36,587 nt of DNA from a virus (lineage: Duplodnaviria > Caudoviricetes). How positions within the stretch are numbered: position 1 is the first letter of the stretch; every line of letters begins with the position of its first letter. Below are positions 20,257 to 28,454 of this stretch, one piece after another. Location of the stretch: the IMG/VR virus record IMGVR_UViG_3300047545_000675, positions 1-36,587 of that record. One strand, written 5' to 3'. The translations under genes were made by a program, and so were the position numbers. Below the pieces are notes generated by a model, which saw only the letters and a program-made list of their open reading frames with translations, did not search any database and was not told the origin of the DNA.

Positions 20257-20257
20257 T

Positions 20258-20482
20258 TTATCTTACCTTATGAGCAAATTGCATACAGAGAGGAGCTTGA
20301 TAGAGAAAAAACTGATGATTGATGCCAGTGGTAGCCTCAAGCTTGAGAGCAAATCTTAAAGTGGGTACAGCATCATCGCGTAGGTTATTATAAAGGGTAG
20401 CTCTGGTGATGCCAGCGTCAGCGGAAATCGCCTTTAGAGTAGTGCCTGTGAGCTCTAGAAGCTTTAGTGTCTTGATGTTCAT
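20258..20482 (-). CDS. Cro/C1-type HTH regulator
   Basis: TLKAISADAGITRATLYN HTH followed by PTLRFALKL; AAGGAT RBS before ATG 20482. Confidence 0.75.
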   Translation of the reverse strand: MNIKTLKLLELTGTTLKAISADAGITRATLYNNLRDDAVPTLRFALKLEATTGINHQFFLYQAPLCMQFAHKVR

Positions 20483-20511
20483 ATTGAATCCTTTCAAGTG
20501 AAGTTTTGATA

Positions 20512-20555
20512 AATGTAAATTATTGTTTTGTATTTGTCAAAGAAAAGTATATAAT
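20512..20555. promoter_or_regulatory. Overlapping divergent promoters (leftward TTGACA-17-TACATT; rightward TTGTAT-16-TATAAT)
   Basis: Minus strand: tgtcaa 20535-20540 and aatgta 20512-20517. Plus strand: TTGTAT 20528-20533 and TATAAT 20550-20555. Confidence 0.6.
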
Positions 20556-20588
20556 ACTAAAAATAAACTTTACTCAATAGGATAAATC

Positions 20589-21692
20589 ATGCAATTCAAT
20601 TTCATCACAATAGCGATCAACGCCGCTAAACATCCAGCTATAAACTCACTCTCTCACGGGCTAAGATTGATCATTCGTCTCATGGAAATACACGGGCCAC
20701 AAAGAGAATCATCAGTTTTATCGGGGCAAGAGGCGACAAATCAATGGCTAGGCAATGGCGGGCTATCAAAGTATCAAGTATCAAGCGGGCTAGATCATCT
20801 TGAAAAAATTCTCATTGATGGCAAGCCTTTGATAAAGATGAGTATGCGTTTTATCCCCGGCACTGGTAAAACAAGGGAAATCGATATATCTGGGCTAGCA
20901 TCGCTTGATATGGAGTATAAGAAATTTTTCTCTTTGCATTGCCAAGATGAGACAGAGACCGCACAACAAAAAAGGGCAAAGGGCAATAAGAAAAGTGCCG
21001 ATTCTTTAGTCAAGCCCACCTTAGTAAAGCCCACCTTAGTAAAGCCCGCCTTAGTAAAGCCGGCTCGACATATAAGTATAAACTCAACTACTAAAGTAGT
21101 TGAGTCTACTGCTCTAGAAAATGGGGATTTTCAAGAGCCTTTAAAGGTGGAAAATGAGCATATTGATTCACCTACTCAAAGAGATGTGACTCATCCTATT
21201 TTTGATCGATCAAAATGGCTAGGGGATACAATGGCGGTAAGCCAGACCATAGACGGGGGCTGTCATAAGATAGATAAAAATAGACCATCGGCAATGACAT
21301 CAGCTCGATCACTACCATTTAGGATTTTCAAAGAAGCTAGCCCTATCGCCACGATCACAAATGAACGCCATGAGATAGTCAGAGATATGCTTGATGAGAT
21401 AGGTAGATATAAAGAAGATATTCACCGCTTCTATAGCCCAGAACGAAAAGTGTTTTATAGAGCCATCAGGGCGCTTGTTTTTGAGCGAGAAAGAGATTTA
21501 TCATTCCACTACATAGACAAAGCATTTATGATGAAAAAAAAGCACCTTTTAGAGCGCCTAGAAGTGGATATGTATTTCATAGATAAAGAGGGTATGAGTG
21601 ATGATGATCTGGCATATCTATCTATCGTCTATGAAAAAGATAAAATGGTCTTATGCCTAGAGGCTAATGAGGTCAACGCCAGCGCCCTTTAA
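20589..21692 (+). CDS. Putative replication initiator protein
   Basis: N-terminal wHTH-like segment, central iteron-like repeats, and location next to the dnaB operon. Confidence 0.5.
   Translation: MQFNFITIAINAAKHPAINSLSHGLRLIIRLMEIHGPQRESSVLSGQEATNQWLGNGGLSKYQVSSGLDHLEKILIDGKPLIKMSMRFIPGTGKTREIDISGLASLDMEYKKFFSLHCQDETETAQQKRAKGNKKSADSLVKPTLVKPTLVKPALVKPARHISINSTTKVVESTALENGDFQEPLKVENEHIDSPTQRDVTHPIFDRSKWLGDTMAVSQTIDGGCHKIDKNRPSAMTSARSLPFRIFKEASPIATITNERHEIVRDMLDEIGRYKEDIHRFYSPERKVFYRAIRALVFERERDLSFHYIDKAFMMKKKHLLERLEVDMYFIDKEGMSDDDLAYLSIVYEKDKMVLCLEANEVNASAL
21006..21065 (+). repeat. Four tandem 15-bp repeats TTAGT(A/C)AAGCC.... (iteron-like)
   Basis: ttagtcaagcccacc ttagtaaagcccacc ttagtaaagcccgcc ttagtaaagccggct. 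Confidence 0.9.
21082..21105. repeat. Perfect 11-bp inverted repeat
   Basis: actcaactact-aa-agtagttgagt. Confidence 0.9.
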
Positions 21693-22097
21693 AAATTCTT
21701 CTCCAGTGGATACCCATCTATCACCGCCCCTATAGTAAACTCTCTTTATACCGCTTTGAACGATCAATTTAGCACATATCAAGCATGGGGGCGCAGTTAC
21801 CACAATAGAAGCACCAGCTAAGGCGATGCCCTCAAAGACTGCATTACTTATCGCATTCATCTCAGCATGGATACATCCTACCTCAATGCGATCACCGCTT
21901 TGAATTTGTAGCCTATCCCTATCGCAGCATAGACCACCACAAAGAATTTTATCACTTTTACGCGCTTGACCATTGTAGCCAGTGCTTAACATTGTTTTTC
22001 TATCTTCTCTAAAAACAATAGCGCCCACACGCGCCCTAGTGCATGGGCTTTGCTCTGATATGGTCATGGCGATATCAAGGTAAATCCTAGCACTCAT
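21657..22097 (-). CDS. dCMP deaminase
   Basis: SPC.R..VGA, TGYNG, HAE.NA and PCxxC motifs. Confidence 0.9.
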   Translation of the reverse strand: MSARIYLDIAMTISEQSPCTRARVGAIVFREDRKTMLSTGYNGQARKSDKILCGGLCCDRDRLQIQSGDRIEVGCIHAEMNAISNAVFEGIALAGASIVVTAPPCLICAKLIVQSGIKRVYYRGGDRWVSTGEEFLKGAGVDLISL

Positions 22098-22521
22098 AGC
22101 AAAAATCTTTCTTTTTGGGGCCAGCGCATTTGAGATCACGAGACAGAGCAAGAATCATTTTTGATCTTTTGCCACATTTGCCAGCCGTACCCACTGCATA
22201 CCTACCAAGCGCATCACATACACTACTAGACCGATCTAGCCAGTATCTCAAAGCTAAAAGACCTGCTTGAATGTCAGTGCATTCTTTGCAGTCAATAAAT
22301 ATCCTCTTGACTTGCATAGCGCCCACAGCCCCAGCAGATGAAATCACCGACTTATCTAGCCTAGATTCATGATAGGCGATAGCGATAGCAAGATGGGGAT
22401 CAATATCCATCTTAATCGATTCACGCGCTATCTCAAGGCAAGTATCGACTCTATGAGGTTGGGGGTAAACGGTAGCAAGAGACGCTAAATAAAAACACTG
22501 TGCTATAAAATCACTCATCAT
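22087..22521 (-). CDS. Lytic transglycosylase (SLT domain), Cys-rich
   Basis: AIAYHES and S.AGAVGAMQV motifs, then G...L..W and ALGRY. Confidence 0.8.
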   Translation of the reverse strand: MMSDFIAQCFYLASLATVYPQPHRVDTCLEIARESIKMDIDPHLAIAIAYHESRLDKSVISSAGAVGAMQVKRIFIDCKECTDIQAGLLALRYWLDRSSSVCDALGRYAVGTAGKCGKRSKMILALSRDLKCAGPKKKDFCYEC

Positions 22522-22681
22522 CGATACTCTCTTCTTCATCTGGATCAATGGTATCATCAAGAAAATCATCGTCATATACTTCTCGATATACCGACGCTAT
22601 ACACTGATCGCAAAATTGATGCTCAAAACCCTGTAAATAATCAAGACCAGCCAAGCGCTGACCGCATTTAATGCACTTCAT
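22511..22681 (-). CDS. Small zinc-finger protein with acidic tail
   Basis: CIKC...CDQC; AAGGAG RBS before ATG 22681. Confidence 0.7.
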   Translation of the reverse strand: MKCIKCGQRLAGLDYLQGFEHQFCDQCIASVYREVYDDDFLDDTIDPDEEESIDDE

Positions 22682-22684
22682 CTT

Positions 22685-22702
22685 ATCTCCTTTGTAGGAG
22701 AT
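22685..22702 (-). promoter_or_regulatory. RBS-sequestering hairpin
   Basis: On the minus strand ATCTCCT-ACAA-AGGAGAT lies 3 nt before the ATG at 22681. Confidence 0.55.
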
Positions 22703-22709
22703 CACTATA

Positions 22710-23000
22710 TCAATATGGTATTTTGTCGTCTAGATAGGATGATAGACGCGCGACAAGAGTAGCAAAATTCTCATGCGCGCCATTTTGTTTGCATACCTCG
22801 ACAACCTGATCAGCTGCATTGACTCCGAAAAAAAGCCAGATTGTTTGAAATTCTGGAGTATGCCCAAAACCTAAATCGGTAATCTTTTTATTCAAGGCGT
22901 ACTCAAGATCACCAGCGCTATCGTACTCTTGCCATGATCTGATGATAGGCACGATCTCGCGCTCTAGTGTGTCGATCATGTCGATGATGTGCATCTTCAT
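22710..23000 (-). CDS. Hypothetical protein
   Basis: Coupled to thyX with a GAGGAG RBS. Confidence 0.65.
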   Translation of the reverse strand: MKMHIIDMIDTLEREIVPIIRSWQEYDSAGDLEYALNKKITDLGFGHTPEFQTIWLFFGVNAADQVVEVCKQNGAHENFATLVARLSSYLDDKIPY

Positions 23001-23677
23001 ATAAACTCCTCTTTGTTTAGCAATTTTATGCTCTGGGGGAAGTGCTGTTGCGCCAGTGTTTTGATAGCCACTGCGTAATCTCTGATTTCTTTTTGTGCTG
23101 ATTCATCAAGGCGCAAATCGATGAAATGCATGATCGCTTGTAGTGATGCCGTCCATACTGCTTTAGAATAGATGCCTACTGGCAAGACGATTCTAGCTTG
23201 TTCTCTGCATACTCCCATATCGATCAGAGCTTGATATGCCTTATATGCCGCTTCATAGCCATCATGTAAAATCTCAGTGGCTTTATCTTGATCTGCTAAA
23301 GGCAAAATGCCAGTGCCAGCCTGTTTATTTTTTGCATCTTGTGATCTAAAAAGCCCGGGATAAAAGACCTCTGGTTCTTCGAATTGAGTATAGCGATAGC
23401 TGATCTCATTCCATGAACAGCCGATTTGATGTTTCATCCACTGACGCAATACAAAAATAGGCGCTTTAATCTCAAAGCGAATCGATGCATGACGAAAAGG
23501 GCTCGTATGCTCATGATCCCATAGATATTTAAGCAGGCGTTCATCTTTGTCACCCCATGTCTCACTCTGCTTATTGTAGCTCACACGAGCGGTATTGACC
23601 ACAGTCAAATCATCGCCGAAAACTCCACCGTCTGGGATCGATACATACCCAGTTAAACCGACATGAATTTTATGCAT
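22997..23677 (-). CDS. thyX: FAD-dependent thymidylate synthase
   Basis: ARVSY, H.SPF, APIFV.RQW, NEIS.RY, EQAR.VLP and LR....AQ.EIR motifs. Confidence 0.93.
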   Translation of the reverse strand: MHKIHVGLTGYVSIPDGGVFGDDLTVVNTARVSYNKQSETWGDKDERLLKYLWDHEHTSPFRHASIRFEIKAPIFVLRQWMKHQIGCSWNEISYRYTQFEEPEVFYPGLFRSQDAKNKQAGTGILPLADQDKATEILHDGYEAAYKAYQALIDMGVCREQARIVLPVGIYSKAVWTASLQAIMHFIDLRLDESAQKEIRDYAVAIKTLAQQHFPQSIKLLNKEEFI

Positions 23678-23774
23678 TTTTACCTTTACTTTTCAAATAG
23701 AGTGTTCTAAAATGTATTTGTTGTTTATAGCATAGAACAACGATGAAATCAATTTTTTTCAATAGGATGAAAAA

Positions 23775-23858
23775 ATGACTCAAGACCTAAATGTTAAAGA
23801 TTTAATCATGCTCGTTGCAATGGCAATTCTAACAATAGTCGCGCTCAAGGATAAATAA
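23775..23858 (+). CDS. 27-aa single-pass membrane peptide (not in ORF track)
   Basis: AGGAT RBS; MTQDLNVKDLIMLVAMAILTIVALKDK; its stop is 1 nt before the next ATG. Confidence 0.6.
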   Translation: MTQDLNVKDLIMLVAMAILTIVALKDK

Positions 23859-23859
23859 A

Positions 23860-24066
23860 ATGACCATGAGTGATAAAACAAAATTCGTTAAACAGAAGAC
23901 CGGCATGACCTTAAAAGAGTTAGCCTCTCAAATTGGTTATAGCGATAGGCATATTATTGAAGGACTTAGAGGCAAAACTCAAATAAGTTATAGCTTGGCT
24001 AAAACATTGGCAGAAAAGACGGGCGCTAGCCCCATTTACTTTATGGAGAATCAAGATGATAAATAG
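23860..24066 (+). CDS. Cro/C1-type HTH regulator
   Basis: GMTLKELASQIGYSDRHI...G...IS...A..LA. Confidence 0.8.
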   Translation: MTMSDKTKFVKQKTGMTLKELASQIGYSDRHIIEGLRGKTQISYSLAKTLAEKTGASPIYFMENQDDK

Positions 24067-24373
24067 CATGACTCTAGCCGGTAGAGCTGGCAAAGACTTC
24101 GTATTCAAAACAATCGGCACCACCCTAAACAAAGCAGTAGGAAGTATCGCCTATCAAGCTAAGAAAAGTGATCCAGTGACTTGGTTTACAGTCGAGATTA
24201 TATCTTTTGGCACTGATCCCACAGCGCAAAAGGCGGCGGCATCTATCAAGAAAGGCGATCTAGTGCTTGTTCAAGGCAAGATGATTTGCAATGCTTTTGA
24301 AGACAAAACCTATTGGAAGCTTGAGGCGAACAAATTTGATATCGTAGGGAGAGACGATGAGCAAAAAAATTAA
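24056..24373 (+). CDS. ssb: Single-stranded DNA-binding protein
   Basis: MIN...LAGR.GKD, T.WF.V and KKGDLVLVQGK; short C-terminal tail. Confidence 0.85.
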   Translation: MINSMTLAGRAGKDFVFKTIGTTLNKAVGSIAYQAKKSDPVTWFTVEIISFGTDPTAQKAAASIKKGDLVLVQGKMICNAFEDKTYWKLEANKFDIVGRDDEQKN

Positions 24374-24587
24374 GCGCGCCAGCCATACAGTCTACTTGCC
24401 TACCGCCATGATGCTAAAAGTAGGCGAGATCGCCAGCGCCCTAAATGTCACCTCTAGCGTCGTGATTGAAAAAAGCTTAGTAGCTGTTATCGATAATCCG
24501 GCGTCCGAGGCTATCGAGTATCTAAAGGAGATCGAGCCAGATAGTGCTATCGAGCGCATCAGTCGGAGGATTTATCATAAAGCATGA
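24357..24587 (+). CDS. Putative ribbon-helix-helix DNA-binding protein
   Basis: HTVYLP strand, a helix, then NVTSSVVIEKSL. Confidence 0.5.
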   Translation: MSKKIKRASHTVYLPTAMMLKVGEIASALNVTSSVVIEKSLVAVIDNPASEAIEYLKEIEPDSAIERISRRIYHKA

Positions 24588-25090
24588 GCAAGATCGACAA
24601 GCTAAAGAAACTCAAGAAGCAGGGCGAAATTTTAGAGGTAGTACAAGCTAAAACAGAGCAAGCTATCTCTCAAGGCCTTAGCGGTGTTGAGCTTAGAAAA
24701 GAGCAAGTGCTTAGTCTTATTGCTGAGGGCAATCGAGAGGGGCAAGCTGCTACGATTGTCGGTCTCAATATTGATACAATCTCACGCTGGAAGAGAGAAG
24801 ATTCAAAATTCGCCATCGAGGTAGAACAAGCAAAGCTGGCATGGCGCTCTCGCTTAGTGCGTACTGTGATCATAGCAGCCGAGACCGATTGGAAAGCCGC
24901 TAAATTCTTGCTTGAGACTCAGTTTAGAGACGAATTCGGGCAACAACAAAAACTAGAAATTGAACAAATTGAAAAACCTAAGTCAATCGTCATTGACATG
25001 ATTGACCAGATACGAGGAACGGAAATTGAAACTCAAAAAGAAACTGCAAGCCCAACCACCCATGAGCCCTTGGATCATCAAGATGACTGA
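24584..25090 (+). CDS. terS: Terminase small subunit
   Basis: AA..VG....TI.RW...D..F HTH and DWKAAKFLLE....DEFG; upstream of TerL. Confidence 0.7.
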   Translation: MSKIDKLKKLKKQGEILEVVQAKTEQAISQGLSGVELRKEQVLSLIAEGNREGQAATIVGLNIDTISRWKREDSKFAIEVEQAKLAWRSRLVRTVIIAAETDWKAAKFLLETQFRDEFGQQQKLEIEQIEKPKSIVIDMIDQIRGTEIETQKETASPTTHEPLDHQDD

Positions 25091-25670
25091 TGGCGATCAT
25101 ATCGATATGGCAGATGATGCCTTTATGGCACTACTCAAAAATATGCTCAAGAAGACTTTTGAGGCTGCGTATGCTGATGATTATTTTACGGCTTTTTATG
25201 AGCTAGTCTATAGATACATGATCGCTAAAGAGACGCAATTTGAGAACAAAGACAGATTTTTTTCATACTTAAAGCGCCTCACACAGATTCATTTTTATCA
25301 TCAGGTTTACAATGGGCATCGACGGGATAAGCGCATGCTTACCGAAAGCCACATGTTTAACAGTACCATCAATAAGCATATACAATCTGGGGCAACAGGT
25401 AGATTTGATAATAGAAATTTGGAGTTTTATAGCCAGCCCATTTTCTCAGATGGGGGCAATGCTGAGAAAAACTTTGCCATTGCCAGCGATCTAGCCATGA
25501 TGCTATCTCGACTATCAGATGACGATAAGCAGTTAATTGATCTAGTATCGCAAGACCTAAAACATAGGGATATTGCCAAGCTCATGGGCTGGAAAGATAA
25601 CACGACTTTTACGCGGATCATGCGCCTAAAGCACAAGCTAAAAGAGATATGGATCGAGGCGTATGCTTAA
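25083..25670 (+). CDS. ECF sigma-70-like transcription factor
   Basis: Region-4-like L..LSDDDKQLI.L.....HRDIAKLMG....T...RI.R.K.KL; region-2-like F..YL segment. Confidence 0.6.
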   Translation: MTDGDHIDMADDAFMALLKNMLKKTFEAAYADDYFTAFYELVYRYMIAKETQFENKDRFFSYLKRLTQIHFYHQVYNGHRRDKRMLTESHMFNSTINKHIQSGATGRFDNRNLEFYSQPIFSDGGNAEKNFAIASDLAMMLSRLSDDDKQLIDLVSQDLKHRDIAKLMGWKDNTTFTRIMRLKHKLKEIWIEAYA

Positions 25671-27036
25671 ACTCAATGACCTACAAAAAGAGCTAGTATC
25701 GAGATTGTTGCTATCAAATGAAAACTTTATAGCCGTTCGTGCTGGCTGGGGTAGTGGCAAGACAAGCGCCTTAGTTTTTGCCCTTGCTCTATGGGCTGAT
25801 GCGCATCCGAATAAATCGAGCTTGCTTATCACCGACACAGCTGGTCGTTATAGGCAAGTGCTAGCGCCAGAGATTCAAAAATGGCTAGGCGCTGAGGGAT
25901 GGACATATCACGCGCTTGAGGGCAAATGGACAGCGCCTAATGGGCATACAGTATGGACAAGATCATATTTTCGCCCTGGTACTCAAGACGCATCGCAAAA
26001 CTCTTTAGAAGGGCTTAACATCACATCGGGGCTTGCCGTCATTGATGAATGCCAGATGTTGACCGAAGAGGTGGCATTCAAGGCGCTAGGTCGTTTGAGA
26101 AGTGGGCCAACGCCCAAGCTTATCATGGTAGGCCTGCCGGTATGGGGCGCGTGGTGGGTAGAGATGGCAGAAAAAGCAAATTGCAGACCTATCTTTTTTT
26201 CTAGTCATGTCAATGCAAACAATCTAAGCGCTGACTGGTTCGAGGCTACTAAAAATTTACCAGAGGACGAGCGCCTTGCCATGATCGAAAATCAACCTAA
26301 GCCACGAGCTGGCATGATATACAATGAATGGACACAAGCGCACATAATCGACGGCTGGCAATACAAGCCAGAGTATAGCGGGCGCATTGTGGTAGACTTC
26401 GGATTTAGAAAGCCGAGTGTCCTCTTTATCGTGCATGATCCACATCTCAAAGCTGATGTGATATGCGGTGAGATCAATCCCCAAGAAATAAAACTAAGTG
26501 AGCTAGCTAGGCTTATACTCCTCAAGGCTTGCCCTCGTAGTCTAGCTAGCTCATACCCTAATAGAATTTTGCTTGATGGCGCTAGTGGTGATAAAGCCGG
26601 TAGCAATCGCAATGATCATACCGCTCAATCGTCGTTCAAGGCACTATCTTTACCACCAGAGCAAGAGGGCATAGGCATGACTTTTAGATGGGCTACCGAT
26701 CCTATTCGTACCGATATCATGAATGGCATCAACAGAGTTAAACGCCTCATGCACTCAAAGCAAATCTTATGCACTCGTGAGGTCTGGGATGCTGGCGATA
26801 GGGCAACAGGCAACTCTTTTAAAAAAGCAATCTTGTCTTACTCATGGGATCAAAAAGAACAGCCGAAAAAAGACGGGCATGAAGACCCTCTTGATGCGCT
26901 TAGATACGATGTCATTAATTGGCGCTGGTCTGACTCAACTGTCAATGTGAAATTGCCGATTGAGGATAGATCGCATATCGTTGAAGAGAAACTAAAACAA
27001 AGAAGTCTGATCAACGCAAGCATGAGGAGATTTTAA
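25663..27036 (+). CDS. terL: Terminase large subunit
   Basis: Walker A AGWGSGKT, Walker B AVIDE, nuclease VDFG and D..DALRY. Confidence 0.92.
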   Translation: MLKLNDLQKELVSRLLLSNENFIAVRAGWGSGKTSALVFALALWADAHPNKSSLLITDTAGRYRQVLAPEIQKWLGAEGWTYHALEGKWTAPNGHTVWTRSYFRPGTQDASQNSLEGLNITSGLAVIDECQMLTEEVAFKALGRLRSGPTPKLIMVGLPVWGAWWVEMAEKANCRPIFFSSHVNANNLSADWFEATKNLPEDERLAMIENQPKPRAGMIYNEWTQAHIIDGWQYKPEYSGRIVVDFGFRKPSVLFIVHDPHLKADVICGEINPQEIKLSELARLILLKACPRSLASSYPNRILLDGASGDKAGSNRNDHTAQSSFKALSLPPEQEGIGMTFRWATDPIRTDIMNGINRVKRLMHSKQILCTREVWDAGDRATGNSFKKAILSYSWDQKEQPKKDGHEDPLDALRYDVINWRWSDSTVNVKLPIEDRSHIVEEKLKQRSLINASMRRF

Positions 27037-27534
27037 ATGGATAGACTACTTTACCTTGAGAGCCTTATTGAAAAAGGGCAAACGCTAGATGACGCGACTC
27101 TTATGGAGTACGGGCTAAAGAAAAAACCTAAAGAGCCTAAAGAACCTAAAGCGCCTAAAGAGCCTAGAGAACGCAAAAAGGCGGGGGGCAAAAAGCCCAT
27201 ACGATTCGATTATAGACTTGTCGATCATACTATGCCAGTACATCAAATCGCTAAGATCATGGGCTGTAATCCAGAGACAGCAAGGCAATTGCGATACAAA
27301 AAGCTGATCGATCTAGGGCTGGTCATGGATATCAGCAAAAAAGGGCGTTACCGAGTAGCGCCAAGAGTGAAAACATCACAAGAAACAATTGATAAAATCA
27401 TCGAGATGTACGAAGCGGGCTGTATTTTGAGGGTCATAGGCGAAGCCGTCTCTCTCAATCCCGCGTCAGTGCACTGGCACATTTCTAGATACAGAGTAAA
27501 GAAGAGGAGAGAAAATGACATTACACAGCGTTAA
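27037..27534 (+). CDS. Basic protein with two HTH-like segments
   Basis: HQIAKIMGCNPETAR and LRVIGEAVSLNPASVHW; PKE repeats. Confidence 0.6.
   Translation: MDRLLYLESLIEKGQTLDDATLMEYGLKKKPKEPKEPKAPKEPRERKKAGGKKPIRFDYRLVDHTMPVHQIAKIMGCNPETARQLRYKKLIDLGLVMDISKKGRYRVAPRVKTSQETIDKIIEMYEAGCILRVIGEAVSLNPASVHWHISRYRVKKRRENDITQR
27127..27171 (+). repeat. Five 9-bp tandem repeats (encoding PKE/PKA/PRE)
   Basis: cctaaagag cctaaagaa cctaaagcg cctaaagag cctagagaa. Confidence 0.85.
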
Positions 27535-27643
27535 GCTTTTAAGGGATATTATTATGGCATTGCTTAAAGAAGATGATCCCATCAAAAAAAAGCTATTGGC
27601 TGTCATTGATGAGATTGAAATTGATTTATTGACAGAGGATTGA
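27515..27643 (+). CDS. 42-aa helical hypothetical protein (not in ORF track)
   Basis: GAGGAG RBS; MTLHSVKLLRDIIMALLKEDDPIKKKLLAVIDEIEIDLLTED; fills the gap exactly to the next ATG. Confidence 0.6.
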   Translation: MTLHSVKLLRDIIMALLKEDDPIKKKLLAVIDEIEIDLLTED

Positions 27644-27644
27644 G

Positions 27645-28454
27645 ATGTTTCAAGATAGACCATTGATCGCCTCAGTGTCTGGGGGTAAAGATTCAACCGC
27701 TGTTATGCTTTATCTTAGAGAAAAGGGCATGAATTTTACGCCCGTTTTTTGTGATACAGGTTGGGAACATCCTATAACATACGACTATCTAAGCTATTTA
27801 GAGAAAGCGCTTGATGTCGATATTGTACGAGTGCGAAACGAGAAATATTTTGATACAGATGGGGGGGGCTATGTCTCTCTAGTGAAAAAAGATCGGTTCT
27901 TCCCATCGCAGCAAACGCGCACTTGTACGCTAAGACTCAAAGTTAAACCTATTCAAGATTATCTAGACGACCTTAGAGAGCGCACTAAACTAAAGCCAGT
28001 TAATGCCGTGGGTATACGAAAAGAGGAAAGCAAGGCAAGATCATCGCTAGAAGAGATCGAAGATAAAGACGAAGCCACAATCTGGCGCCCTTTAATTAAC
28101 TGGTCGTTTGATCAAGTAGTCGATATTCACAAGAGACATAACATCAAACCTAATCCACTATATACTCAAGGTTTCTCTAGAGTCGGCTGCTTCCCTTGTA
28201 TTTTTGCTAGAAAAGGCGAGATCAAGATGGCTTTTGAGAGATACCCACAGCGCTTTGATGTGATAAGAGGTCTTGAAAAACATATGCAAGAGTTAACGGG
28301 CGTTGATGATAAATATACTTTTTTTAATAGGGGAAAAATTGATGATGTCATTGACTGGGCTAAGAGCGATCAGCTTGATCTTTTTAGCGAGGAGTACTTG
28401 AGCGGTTGCTTGACTTGGGGGCTCTGTGATAGTGGGGGCAATAACAATAAATAG
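27645..28454 (+). CDS. PAPS-reductase-family (PP-loop) protein
   Basis: SVSGGKDS, DTGWE, CT..LK..P, GIR.EES..R, P.I.W and R.GC.PC motifs. Confidence 0.88.
   Translation: MFQDRPLIASVSGGKDSTAVMLYLREKGMNFTPVFCDTGWEHPITYDYLSYLEKALDVDIVRVRNEKYFDTDGGGYVSLVKKDRFFPSQQTRTCTLRLKVKPIQDYLDDLRERTKLKPVNAVGIRKEESKARSSLEEIEDKDEATIWRPLINWSFDQVVDIHKRHNIKPNPLYTQGFSRVGCFPCIFARKGEIKMAFERYPQRFDVIRGLEKHMQELTGVDDKYTFFNRGKIDDVIDWAKSDQLDLFSEEYLSGCLTWGLCDSGGNNNK

Noticed and set aside
21006-21065. CRISPR-like array
   Set aside because: The repeats are 15 bp, directly tandem with no spacers, and in frame within a gene.
23720-23741. Imperfect inverted repeat in the thyX/HTH divergent gap as an operator
   Set aside because: It is short, AT-rich and bulged, and I found no second copy at other promoters.
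20258-24066. Lysogeny switch / temperate lifestyle
   Set aside because: Two short HTH genes exist, but no integrase, transposase, ParA or CI-type peptidase domain was recognised. Lifestyle is unresolved.
27861-27868. G8 tract as a phase-variation switch in the PAPS-family gene
   Set aside because: It encodes Gly-Gly-Gly, and one such run is not improbable in 36 kb. Read-level length variation would be needed.
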